Position numbers and translations under genes: made by a program
Source of the DNA: Chitinophagaceae bacterium
GTDB taxonomy: Bacteria; Bacteroidota; Bacteroidia; Chitinophagales; Chitinophagaceae
DNA length: 64,000 nucleotides
NCBI GenBank assembly: GCA_016713965.1
Contig: JADJOC010000005.1
Location: 637-64,636, forward strand
Direction: 5' to 3'
The notes under the pieces: model-generated
Database searches by the model: none
What the model was told of the DNA's origin: nothing
The model's input: the letters and a program-made list of their open reading frames with translations, nothing else
Shown: piece after piece, positions 45,182 through 54,181 of the stretch
Numbering within the stretch: position 1 is the stretch's first letter
How the letters are laid out: each line of letters begins with the position of its first letter

Positions 45182-47542
45182 TTACATTGGTGGTTGAATT
45201 TCATCTTCCTGCATTTGCATTTGTTGCTGCTCTTGTTCTTGTTGCATCATCATTTCTTCTTCGCTAGGCTGTTCTTGTTCCATACCTTCTTCACCTTCCA
45301 TTTGCTCTTGTTGTGCAGCTTGCATTTGTTGAATGATAGCTTGTTGTTGTTGTTGGTTTTCTACAGCCAAAGGCAACATTAAGTTTTGCATTACAGTATC
45401 TACTAAAGGTTGAATATTAGGCGCAATTGGTAACCCTTTGCTTAATATTGAACTTACCATATTAATTACTGCACTTTTATTTTGCGCTTCTCCTTGCAAC
45501 CTTATTTCTTCTGTTTTTGATTGTGCCTCAAATTGCTTCATTTCCATATCCATCTTGCCCTTAATCATTACGGATTCCTGCTGCCCTTTTGCGTTCATTT
45601 CTGCATTTTGTTGCGCCTGCTGCATTTTGGAAGCAAGCATTTTTTTCATGCAATTGTTGTAATACAAATCTGCCAGCTTCACATTCTCACGGGCTATCCG
45701 CAATACCTTGTAAGTATCCAAATACATTACAATATCTGGATTGGAAACAATAGCCTGATTCATCTTTTCATTAAGAATCGCTATATCCTGATCAGTAGGA
45801 AGCATTTCTATTTTAGTCCCAAAAATCCTGTTATCTACATCTTCCTCTTTTAATAATTTTCTATACGTTTTAGCCCCAAACAAAACAGATTTTTGAAGCA
45901 AACAAGCTATTTTTTTAGCCGTTTCTTCTAATAATATTTTATATGCTTGATACATATAATTAGTAGAATTGTCTGCTGCTTGTTGTGAGGCATCTACATT
46001 ACCCGCTGTTACTCTAGGCTGTAAAGCCTGATTCATTAAGTCGGGATTTTCTCCTAATTCATCTTTTATTAATTGATACTGAAATCGATACATTTCCATA
46101 AGGGCCTGCATCTGCCCTACAAACCCTGTGTTTTGTAATTCAGTTATTGGAACTCCAATTGGCTTCCCCTCTGCATCATAGCCACGGTAATACATATCAC
46201 CAGTCTGGTCAAATAATGTTTTAAAATCTACATTTTTGTTATTATCGCCAGTCCCATAATCTATATTTTGTATTGCATCCCAATTTATTGCACTACCAGT
46301 TGGGCGCATTTTTGCAACTACTTGTTGCATTTTCATATCAATAATTATCAACTGTTTTAGTGGTACTGATATTTTTTCAGGAATAGCCAGATTACGCATC
46401 TGGAAGTTTTGGTACATATAAAAACTGTAAGAAAACTCTGCATTCCCTATTTCTTTAGGGTCTTGCGGACGGATCATATTTTTCTTTATGCCCCACTCTA
46501 AAATTTTCTGATTTTTTCTTATATAAACTCCACGGTATATATTCCAATAAGTATCTTCAACTGATTTTTGGTTATCCCTTATTTTTTTAGGAGTACCTTT
46601 TTGAATGATGGTACTTTTGTTTTGTTTGGTTTCAGTAACCGTATATTTTTCACAATCAACTGATTTTACTTCAAATTCAAGTACATCCACATTCCATTCA
46701 TCATAAGGACGTTGGATAGCCACTGACCATTCTGCGTTCCATCTTAATTTATCACTAAGCTGCCAGTCTTTTGATGTGGCAGCTATTTCATATAGTTCTT
46801 CTTCTGTAAGTTTGCCGCCAAATTCTACACCATACTTCCTGCGCATTTCACTTACCTTCATTGAACGGACTATGCCTCTCCAAGTAGTATCCCTAAAATC
46901 AGAAAATTCAGACCAAGAATAAATTGTATTTTCTGGTTTTTGATAATCCGCATGAATTACTCCATCTTCATCCATCCAAACATAGCTACCTACAAGACCT
47001 ACCTCTGCGCTATCATGCAGTATTTTTTCTTTTATTACATCAAACCATCCGTTAGCAGCAAGAACATCATTTACCCCCTGCTCATATAAAATTTCTTCTG
47101 GTAATTTATTAAGGCTTTTAAATAAGGCTAGTTCATCAACATCATTAGGTATTTCTTTCCCTTGCGGCATTACCTGCACACCTGATGCTTGCTGTAATTC
47201 TTCCAGCATTGCACGGTTGTACATATAAAATTCCAATTCCTGAAATTCCTCTTCTCTTTGTTTGGTGGAAAGTGAATCAGTAGCCGTTATAACTATTTTT
47301 TCCCTTTTCTGCATACTCCTACCCACCCATCCTGAAATAATACGGTTAACTATTTTAAGGCTTTCCCAGTTAAGGTTTGCGTAGTTGAACTTGCCATTAA
47401 ACCCCAACAAATCCATAAACTGCTTCATGGGTATTCTACCATTGGCAGCTAATCTATTGGAGAAAAATTGTGTATCCCGTGCAAAGTAATACCCACTATA
47501 CCCTGACTGTACAGTTCCATCAATATACTTAGCCATAGCCAA
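45182..47542 (-). CDS. portal protein candidate (786 aa)
   Basis: Its size, its position downstream of the large terminase gene (with the + strand RHH gene between them), and its Gln/Glu-rich acidic C-terminal tail all fit a portal. Confidence 0.65.
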   Translation of the reverse strand: MAMAKYIDGTVQSGYSGYYFARDTQFFSNRLAANGRIPMKQFMDLLGFNGKFNYANLNWESLKIVNRIISGWVGRSMQKREKIVITATDSLSTKQREEEFQELEFYMYNRAMLEELQQASGVQVMPQGKEIPNDVDELALFKSLNKLPEEILYEQGVNDVLAANGWFDVIKEKILHDSAEVGLVGSYVWMDEDGVIHADYQKPENTIYSWSEFSDFRDTTWRGIVRSMKVSEMRRKYGVEFGGKLTEEELYEIAATSKDWQLSDKLRWNAEWSVAIQRPYDEWNVDVLEFEVKSVDCEKYTVTETKQNKSTIIQKGTPKKIRDNQKSVEDTYWNIYRGVYIRKNQKILEWGIKKNMIRPQDPKEIGNAEFSYSFYMYQNFQMRNLAIPEKISVPLKQLIIIDMKMQQVVAKMRPTGSAINWDAIQNIDYGTGDNNKNVDFKTLFDQTGDMYYRGYDAEGKPIGVPITELQNTGFVGQMQALMEMYRFQYQLIKDELGENPDLMNQALQPRVTAGNVDASQQAADNSTNYMYQAYKILLEETAKKIACLLQKSVLFGAKTYRKLLKEEDVDNRIFGTKIEMLPTDQDIAILNEKMNQAIVSNPDIVMYLDTYKVLRIARENVKLADLYYNNCMKKMLASKMQQAQQNAEMNAKGQQESVMIKGKMDMEMKQFEAQSKTEEIRLQGEAQNKSAVINMVSSILSKGLPIAPNIQPLVDTVMQNLMLPLAVENQQQQQAIIQQMQAAQQEQMEGEEGMEQEQPSEEEMMMQQEQEQQQMQMQEDEIQPPM

Positions 47543-47629
47543 GCCATTTTCAGGTTTGGATTTTTCAGCAATAGTTAGTTTTGAAAGTTGAAAGTCTTTT
47601 AGAATATTATTGCCGCTGCTTGCTATATC

Positions 47630-47659
47630 TTTGGTAGAATCTATGGTATAGTATATTTG
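47630..47659 (+). promoter_or_regulatory. Bacteroidota-type promoter for the RHH gene
   Basis: TTTG (47630-47633), N18, TATATTTG (47652-47659). Confidence 0.4.
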
Positions 47660-47712
47660 GTAGTAAAAGTAAATTTAATACCAAGCATTTACTAGGTTGT
47701 TTAATAGAAAAT

Positions 47713-47729
47713 GGTTACCTTTGGTAACC
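47713..47729. promoter_or_regulatory. perfect palindrome GGTTACCtttGGTAACC (operator-like)
   Basis: 7-bp half sites, 19 nt upstream of the RHH-like ORF's start. Confidence 0.5.
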
Positions 47730-47747
47730 TAATAATTTGTACTTTTT

Positions 47748-47927
47748 ATGCCAACACTACCATTAAAATCCATTCCTAAAGAAGTAAATGATTATGTTTT
47801 GAAAATACAAACTCAAATAAAGATAAAAAAAGGAGTTAGCCATTATTCAAAATGCTTAACAATTTACCACATAATAAAAGAACACAAGGAGATTAAGGAA
47901 AAGGAGATGAAAGAAAAAAAAGTTTAG
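47748..47927 (+). CDS. ribbon-helix-helix-like small DNA-binding protein (59 aa)
   Basis: Hand-translated MPTLPLKSIPKEVNDYVLKIQTQIKIKKGVSHYSKCLTIYHIIKEH... It is a lone + strand ORF between portal and terminase, with a 4-nt convergent overlap with terL. Confidence 0.45.
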   Translation: MPTLPLKSIPKEVNDYVLKIQTQIKIKKGVSHYSKCLTIYHIIKEHKEIKEKEMKEKKV

Positions 47928-50026
47928 TTTGTTTTTGCTACATAGGAGTTATTAGGATATAGCTTTATTAGGGGGGTAGTCATTGGGGTAGGTTTTGGTG
48001 TTGGCTCCATTAAACAAGAAATTAGCATTAAAAAAGAAACAATAACATCATAAGCTGTTCTGTCATAAGGATCAAATACTTTTGCTGTAGTAAGCACTTC
48101 TTCAAAATCAATTAAATCACAATGATTTTCAAAATAAGCAATGCCATTATCCAATTGTTTAGTTAAACTAAATGGAGTTATTGGAGTACCTCGATGCCTT
48201 TCTGCCTTTTCTCTTTTCGTAGGGTCAATTAAACTAATAGGGTATTTCCCCAAATAGCCAATCTTACCTCTTTCCCTAAAATAACCTTCATAATCATCTG
48301 CGGTATGCTCATACCAAGTTAAATAGCCATAAAATTCACTAGCTAACATTACTTGACTGTGAAGTTCATCTTTAACTTGTGGACGACCATATAAATGTCC
48401 AATAGCTTTGCCTGTATTATAAGGGTCATTAACATCAAATTTTCTACCAATCCATGCAGACGCTTTTGAGCCGTATTTTCTACCACCTTGTGAGTTAGAA
48501 TAACTATCTACAGTAATACATCCATCTTCTATTCGATCTGGCATAGTAATTCTACCATCTCTTTTAAATTTATTATCTTGTCCACTAGGGGGGAAATAGG
48601 TTATTTTCCAATGAAAACTTTTTTCATTATTTGTAACATCACGCCATTTTACTTTTTGATCCATATCCCTATAAAATATAACTGACCTTTTATATATTTT
48701 ATGCTCTTTTAAATATTCTTCCCTTCGAGAAATGTTATGCATGTTAAATACACAATCAGTATTTGCAGCCATAAACATCTCTACTTCATTAAAAGAGTAT
48801 TTACGTATTTCTTCTTCTAAAGCTGCTCCTTTTAATTTACTTCGTCTTTTTTCTAAATATGCCTTTGCGCCAAATTTAAGTTGCCCATCATATTTTTTTT
48901 CACCATATTTTTCTATTAAATATTTTTTTTGTTCTTCTGTTGGTGGTTCAATTATTGATTCCCCATATTTACCAATAAACCCTGCAAGCCCATCATAAGC
49001 AGGGCAATAATAACGTACTAAAGTATTGGCTGTGGCTTCATTATCCATATCCAACACTTCATCAACTTCATCAATATCTATATCATCTTTTATCCAGTCG
49101 GCATCATCCCATACTTTTTTAAATTCAGCACCCCCCTTTTTTGTAAGTTCATTTACCGTACTTGGGAATTCTCCGAACCCTGTACGCTCTGCACCTTCGG
49201 TTAAAGTTTCTAAGATAATAGAAACAAATTGAGAGAAAGGAACATCTGTTGGGAACTTGCCCCCTTCATCAATGAAAGCCCATGTAAGCCTTTCCGAATC
49301 ATAGCTATTTGTTGCTGTAGGCTGGTAATCTAATATAGAATTTAGCCCTTCTACTTCATCAATTAATTGCGCTTTTTTTGTTTTCTTTGTTTTTGCCAAA
49401 GGAACATTAAAAACAAGTTCACTTTTACTATCCTTATCATTAGCTAAAGTAGGCTGTAGAAAAAATGGCAAATGTCTAAACCCAAATTGCATCCTGTAAA
49501 TAAACATTTTACGGGCATCCGCACTTGTTTTAGATACATGCCCACCCCTTGCATTTTTAGTTGTGGTTACATGACAAGTAGTATTAGATGAAGATTCAGA
49601 AGATGCACCAGAACGCCTTGATTTACCACGAATGATACCACGACACCAATAAACATTATACCAATGTTCTAAATACAAATAATATCTTCTGCTGGTATCT
49701 CTATATTCAGGATGCTTTCTATTTTCAAGTGTCCAGTATTGTAAGTAATAATAATGCCGCCCTGTTATATAAGTAGCAACCCCATTCAAAAAAAACCAAA
49801 ACCCTTTTTTTATTCTTTCCAGTTCTCTATTACAAAATTTTTCTTGTTCATTTGTTAGAACCACATTACCATCTTCATCACGTTCTAATACCTTAAATAT
49901 TTTTGGCAAAGGTTTCCTGCGCCAGTATTGTTCTTCTTTCGGAACTCCCCAATCTTCTATTTCTTCAATATGTGGTTGATTTGGTAGTGTGATTTTGGTA
50001 TGATATATTTCTATTATTTCCCCCAT
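47924..50026 (-). CDS. terL: terminase large subunit (700 aa)
   Basis: Size, the Walker-B-like WAFIDEGGKF, a P-loop-like RGKSRRSGAS, and its position upstream of the portal. Confidence 0.75.
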   Translation of the reverse strand: MGEIIEIYHTKITLPNQPHIEEIEDWGVPKEEQYWRRKPLPKIFKVLERDEDGNVVLTNEQEKFCNRELERIKKGFWFFLNGVATYITGRHYYYLQYWTLENRKHPEYRDTSRRYYLYLEHWYNVYWCRGIIRGKSRRSGASSESSSNTTCHVTTTKNARGGHVSKTSADARKMFIYRMQFGFRHLPFFLQPTLANDKDSKSELVFNVPLAKTKKTKKAQLIDEVEGLNSILDYQPTATNSYDSERLTWAFIDEGGKFPTDVPFSQFVSIILETLTEGAERTGFGEFPSTVNELTKKGGAEFKKVWDDADWIKDDIDIDEVDEVLDMDNEATANTLVRYYCPAYDGLAGFIGKYGESIIEPPTEEQKKYLIEKYGEKKYDGQLKFGAKAYLEKRRSKLKGAALEEEIRKYSFNEVEMFMAANTDCVFNMHNISRREEYLKEHKIYKRSVIFYRDMDQKVKWRDVTNNEKSFHWKITYFPPSGQDNKFKRDGRITMPDRIEDGCITVDSYSNSQGGRKYGSKASAWIGRKFDVNDPYNTGKAIGHLYGRPQVKDELHSQVMLASEFYGYLTWYEHTADDYEGYFRERGKIGYLGKYPISLIDPTKREKAERHRGTPITPFSLTKQLDNGIAYFENHCDLIDFEEVLTTAKVFDPYDRTAYDVIVSFLMLISCLMEPTPKPTPMTTPLIKLYPNNSYVAKTN

Positions 50027-50373
50027 TAAGCAATTACTTTATCTAAAAATGAACCTTTCTTTGCAACATCTTTCACTTCATCACCTGTTACCCCTGCCGC
50101 ATCTCCCAATGCTTTAATTGCTGTAGCCAAAGAAGCTGCATCTTGCCATATTATTTTAAGCCTATCAAATTTCTTTGATTTAGGGTCATCCATTTCTATT
50201 GTTTTCAAATCAGTATCATTCATCAAATCTCCCATTTCCCACGCTTTACGGGAAAGAGAATAATATAATTTGGCTATACCATTTTCTTCATACTTTTTAT
50301 TTATTTTTTCTAGCCTGCTATTTTCTTCTTTGAGTTTTTTATTCTCCTTTTGCAGTTCTTCTAGTGCATCCAT
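50026..50373 (-). CDS. terminase small subunit candidate (115 aa)
   Basis: N-terminal coiled coil; 1-nt overlap with the terL start. The call rests on position only. Confidence 0.35.
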   Translation of the reverse strand: MDALEELQKENKKLKEENSRLEKINKKYEENGIAKLYYSLSRKAWEMGDLMNDTDLKTIEMDDPKSKKFDRLKIIWQDAASLATAIKALGDAAGVTGDEVKDVAKKGSFLDKVIA

Positions 50374-50379
50374 AAAAAT

Positions 50380-50694
50380 TTATTTTGGATTTTTTATTTT
50401 CAATCTCCACTGTTCAATAGTAAGAGGATGAAATTCTTTTTGCAAGTATCTTATTTCTACATTTCCAAATTGCTTATCTGGCTTTCCCCAACCTTTATGA
50501 GAATGTTTATCCCAAGGAATATTTGAAATCTCAATATCACTATCATGTTTAATCCACTCATAATTTAATGGGAATGGTATCTCTACATCATAAATTATTC
50601 TTAAATTCCATTTTGTTTGCCAAGCAATTTTATCTATATAATAATTAAGATATTCTACCGATTCATTAATTCTACTTTCTAAGTAAACACTCAT
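50380..50694 (-). CDS. hypothetical phage protein (104 aa)
   Basis: ATG at 50694, just after the groES fusion's stop. Confidence 0.5.
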   Translation of the reverse strand: MSVYLESRINESVEYLNYYIDKIAWQTKWNLRIIYDVEIPFPLNYEWIKHDSDIEISNIPWDKHSHKGWGKPDKQFGNVEIRYLQKEFHPLTIEQWRLKIKNPK

Positions 50695-50696
50695 TT

Positions 50697-51236
50697 TTAA
50701 ACATCTTTGAGTAAACAATCAGATTCCCTCATCAGCAAATATTTTTCTTCATTAATTTCTATATATGTTCCAACACCTTGCCCAAACTTTACCCTATCTC
50801 CTTTTTTAATTTCCATTGATTCATTAAATTTTCCTTTGCCAGCAGAAATAACTAATCCCATTTGTATTTTTTCTTTTATCCCATCAGGAATTATTAAACC
50901 ACCTTTTGATTTGGTTTTAGCATCATCTAATTTTACCAAAATCCTATCTTCTAATAAGATTACTTCATCCCCATCTAAAATAATTAAAACATCAGTCTCC
51001 TTTAAAATAAAATATTTTTTACCATTTTCTTCAAACTCAATTACATTACTATAATATATAGTGTTCCCAATTTTTACAGTCATTTTTCGTCCAGTAATAC
51101 CACCACCAACTGCTATTACTTTACCACTAATATATTTTTTTTTTACTGAATCACGAATTATTATACCCCCCTTAGTTTCACTTGATACCTCAAAAGGCTC
51201 TACTATTATTCTATCTTGTAATGGCCTAATTCTCAT
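50697..51236 (-). CDS. groES: tandem-fused double co-chaperonin (two GroES/Cpn10 domains, 179 aa)
   Basis: Domain 1 is MRIRPLQDRIIVEP...TKGGIII...GKVIAVGGG...ETDVLIIL. Domain 2 is LEDRILVKLDD...SKGGLIIP...GLVISAGKG...KKGDRVKF...ESDCLLKDV. Confidence 0.8.
   Translation of the reverse strand: MRIRPLQDRIIVEPFEVSSETKGGIIIRDSVKKKYISGKVIAVGGGITGRKMTVKIGNTIYYSNVIEFEENGKKYFILKETDVLIILDGDEVILLEDRILVKLDDAKTKSKGGLIIPDGIKEKIQMGLVISAGKGKFNESMEIKKGDRVKFGQGVGTYIEINEEKYLLMRESDCLLKDV
51181..51236. repeat. direct repeat copy A (5' end of the fused groES)
   Basis: 44 of the first 45 nt are identical to 52850-52894. Confidence 0.8.
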
Positions 51237-52815
51237 TTGTTTTTATTTTTTCTAGTGAAATAATAGATTCTGTTGTTAAAAAAATTGCAGCAATAGATGA
51301 TGAGTTTTCCAAAGCTGTTCTTACTACTTTTGTTGGATCAACAATACCAGATTTAAAAAAATTCTCTATTTCATTTGTTTTTACATTATACCCAATTCCA
51401 TAATCACTTTTCATAATTTCATTTATATAAATATTAGGTTCTACATCTGCATTATATAAAATTTGTTTAAATGGAGATTCTAGTGATTTTTTAAGAATAG
51501 AAACTCCAATGCTTTCGTCTTCATTTTCACAAATAATATCAATATCTTTTAAAGCATGTAAGTATGTAACTCCACCACCAGCTACAAACCCTTCTTCTAC
51601 TGCTGCTTTGGTAGCACATAAAGCATCATCTATTCTATCCTTTTTTTCCTTAATCTCTGTTTCCGTAAACCCTCCTATACTTAACACAGCCACGCCATTT
51701 TTTAATTTAGCTAATCTTGATTTAAGGTTTTCTTTTTCATAATTAGATTCAGCTTCTTCCATTTGATTTTTTATTTGATTACACCTGCTTTCAATATCTT
51801 CCTTAATACCATGCCCGCCAACTATTGTACAACTATCTTTAGTTATTGTTATTTTATCTGCACTACCCAACATATCAATAGTAGTATTGTCCAACCTAAA
51901 CCCTTTTTCTTCTGAAATGCAAGTAGCATTTATTAATGTTGCAATATCATCCATAACAAAAAATCTATTACCCCCAAATTCAGGTAATTTTATTGCACAA
52001 ACAGATAATAATCCCCTCAATTTATTCACTACCATTGTTGCCAATGCTTCACCATCAAGGTCTTCCGAAATAATTAATAACGGACGGCCAGTTTGAGAAA
52101 CTTTTTCTAAAATATGTAAAATATCTTTAATGGCAGAAATCTTTTTATCATAAATTAGAATGTAAGGATTATTTAATTCTGCCTGCATTTTTTCACTGTT
52201 AGTTACAAAGTAGGGAGATAAATATCCCCTTTCTATTCTCATTCCTTCAACCAAATTTACAGTAGTTTCATGTCCTTGTGATTCTTCAACAGTAATCAAA
52301 CCATCCCTACCAACTTTTTCCATAGCTTCTGCAATCAATTCCCCAATAAAAGAATCATTATTTGCAGAAATGGAAGCTATTTGTTTTAATAAATCATTAT
52401 TATCAATAGGTTTAGAGATTTTATTAATGTTTTTTACTACTTCTTTAGTAGCCTTTTCGATACCTCTTTTTAAATCCATTGCATTTGCGCCTAATTCAAT
52501 AGCCTTAATTCCTGCATTTATAATGGCTTGTGCCAAAACAGTTGCCGTAGTTGTGCCATCACCCGAAACATCAACAGTCTTAGATGCTACTTCTTTGATT
52601 AAAGATGCTCCCATATTTTCAACAGGATCAGACAATTTAATTGATTTTGCCACAGTTACCCCATCTTTGGTTATATGAGGATACCCAAATTCTCTTTCAA
52701 TAATAACATTCTTCCCTTTTGCTCCTAATGTACTTTTTACAGCATCAGCAAGAATATTGATACCTTTTACTATTTTTTTTCTTCCATCTGACCCTGATGT
52801 TACGATTGTATTCAT
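51226..52815 (-). CDS. groEL: chaperonin GroEL/Cpn60 (529 aa)
   Basis: GDGTTTATVLA nucleotide-binding motif, AAVEEGFVAGGGV, and co-linearity with bacterial Cpn60 over the full length. It lacks the GGM C-terminal tail. Confidence 0.9.
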   Translation of the reverse strand: MNTIVTSGSDGRKKIVKGINILADAVKSTLGAKGKNVIIEREFGYPHITKDGVTVAKSIKLSDPVENMGASLIKEVASKTVDVSGDGTTTATVLAQAIINAGIKAIELGANAMDLKRGIEKATKEVVKNINKISKPIDNNDLLKQIASISANNDSFIGELIAEAMEKVGRDGLITVEESQGHETTVNLVEGMRIERGYLSPYFVTNSEKMQAELNNPYILIYDKKISAIKDILHILEKVSQTGRPLLIISEDLDGEALATMVVNKLRGLLSVCAIKLPEFGGNRFFVMDDIATLINATCISEEKGFRLDNTTIDMLGSADKITITKDSCTIVGGHGIKEDIESRCNQIKNQMEEAESNYEKENLKSRLAKLKNGVAVLSIGGFTETEIKEKKDRIDDALCATKAAVEEGFVAGGGVTYLHALKDIDIICENEDESIGVSILKKSLESPFKQILYNADVEPNIYINEIMKSDYGIGYNVKTNEIENFFKSGIVDPTKVVRTALENSSSIAAIFLTTESIISLEKIKTNEN

Positions 52816-52836
52816 ATTGATTTTTATATTTTATGA

Positions 52837-52905
52837 TTAATTATTTGTACTTGATACCTCAAAAGGCTCTACTATTATTCTGTCTTGTAATGGTTTTACT
52901 TTCAT
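52837..52905 (-). pseudogene. truncated groES remnant (22 codons) in the canonical position upstream of groEL
   Basis: MKVKPLQDRIIVEPFEVSS then TNN-stop. There is a 21-nt spacer to the groEL ATG, and its ATG overlaps the stop of the upstream gene (ATGA). Confidence 0.7.
52850..52905. repeat. direct repeat copy B
   Basis: See copy A; the two copies bracket groEL. Confidence 0.8.
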
Positions 52906-53501
52906 ACTGTAACTGTTTGTTTATTTAAATCTGTAATTGTTTCTCCCTCTTTTATATAAATTACTTTATCAATAATAATAAAGTGTTTATATGGAGTATT
53001 AGTATTGTATTCAATAACATTTGCAATTTCTCCAGTTGAATAAACTTGAATTTTTTTAATTGAATTTGCTGGTGATAATCTTCCCATATCAAAATGATCT
53101 TCTTTACTAAAATAAAGAATTGTAGTGTGATCTTTTTGTTCTGCTTGAATAATTGTAACAGAAATTGATAAATACCCCTTTATATCTTTATTATTTATAG
53201 TAAATAAATACCCATCAAAATATAATTGATAAAGAAAATCAGGTGTAATTTCGTTAGAAGGGGGATATTGTACTGCAATAACTTTTTTAATTTCTTCAAA
53301 ATCATCCCCATCTAAAATTAGATATGACAACCCGTCTAATTTTGGGTAATTATAAAAATCTAAATATCTGGAATATTCGTGCAATAGTTTAATTGGTTTA
53401 ATAATATCATCATTATTAAATTTGGATATTTTTTCTTCTTTATAAACATCAAGAAAAATTAATAGCCTTTTTAAATTGTCATAAATTGCTTTGTTCGTCA
53501 T
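52902..53501 (-). CDS. hypothetical phage protein (199 aa)
   Basis: ATG at 53501 avoids overlap with the upstream gene. Confidence 0.5.
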   Translation of the reverse strand: MTNKAIYDNLKRLLIFLDVYKEEKISKFNNDDIIKPIKLLHEYSRYLDFYNYPKLDGLSYLILDGDDFEEIKKVIAVQYPPSNEITPDFLYQLYFDGYLFTINNKDIKGYLSISVTIIQAEQKDHTTILYFSKEDHFDMGRLSPANSIKKIQVYSTGEIANVIEYNTNTPYKHFIIIDKVIYIKEGETITDLNKQTVTV

Positions 53502-53506
53502 ATATT

Positions 53507-54181
53507 TTATTTTATTGGTTTTGCATTTTGCGGAGTAGTACCTACCCATAATTTACCTTCATACAACTGCTCGGTTAAGTTTTCGTCTATCGCAATTATT
53601 TCCTCTCTGTCATGTGTTTCATTTTCAAAATGCCTGCACCTTACTATGTGTTCATCCACCCCTTTTTCATTTCTAAAAAGTATGTTGTAATCACATGCTT
53701 TCAATGTTTTAACTACTTTACCTTTGTATTCCCCTGTTTTTATAAATAAGGTGTCTTTGAATAGTTTTGGGGTTAAACCTACCAGCCTACCTTCGTAGGG
53801 CTTATATACCCTTTCAGCAATCGCAAATCCTTTGGTTGGCTTCCATTCTTCATCTCCCACCATCTTCCATAAAAAACACTCTGCTTCTACAAAGCTATAA
53901 ATTTTTATTCCAGATGCAATTTCTTCGCCACTTAACCCACTATGATTGGTTATTAAGTTGGAATCATGTGCGCTGTTAAAATGGAACAACAACAAAGCAT
54001 CTGTGGGGATATGCTCTGCTGATATTACTACTCCTAATATTTGTTGGGTGTAACTTCTATCCAGGTTATCATACTTACGCTCTACCCTTATAGTAGTTCC
54101 ATCTGAAAAGGTATAGAAGTTCTTTTGCTCTGTATCTACCTTTACTATTACTCTGCCTTGTACGTGTTTTAGTTTGTTCAT
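53507..54181 (-). CDS. hypothetical protein with a GroES-like N-terminus (224 aa)
   Basis: LKHVQGRVIVKVD...ILGVVISAE is weakly reminiscent of Cpn10/gp31-type co-chaperonins. Confidence 0.5.
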   Translation of the reverse strand: MNKLKHVQGRVIVKVDTEQKNFYTFSDGTTIRVERKYDNLDRSYTQQILGVVISAEHIPTDALLLFHFNSAHDSNLITNHSGLSGEEIASGIKIYSFVEAECFLWKMVGDEEWKPTKGFAIAERVYKPYEGRLVGLTPKLFKDTLFIKTGEYKGKVVKTLKACDYNILFRNEKGVDEHIVRCRHFENETHDREEIIAIDENLTEQLYEGKLWVGTTPQNAKPIK

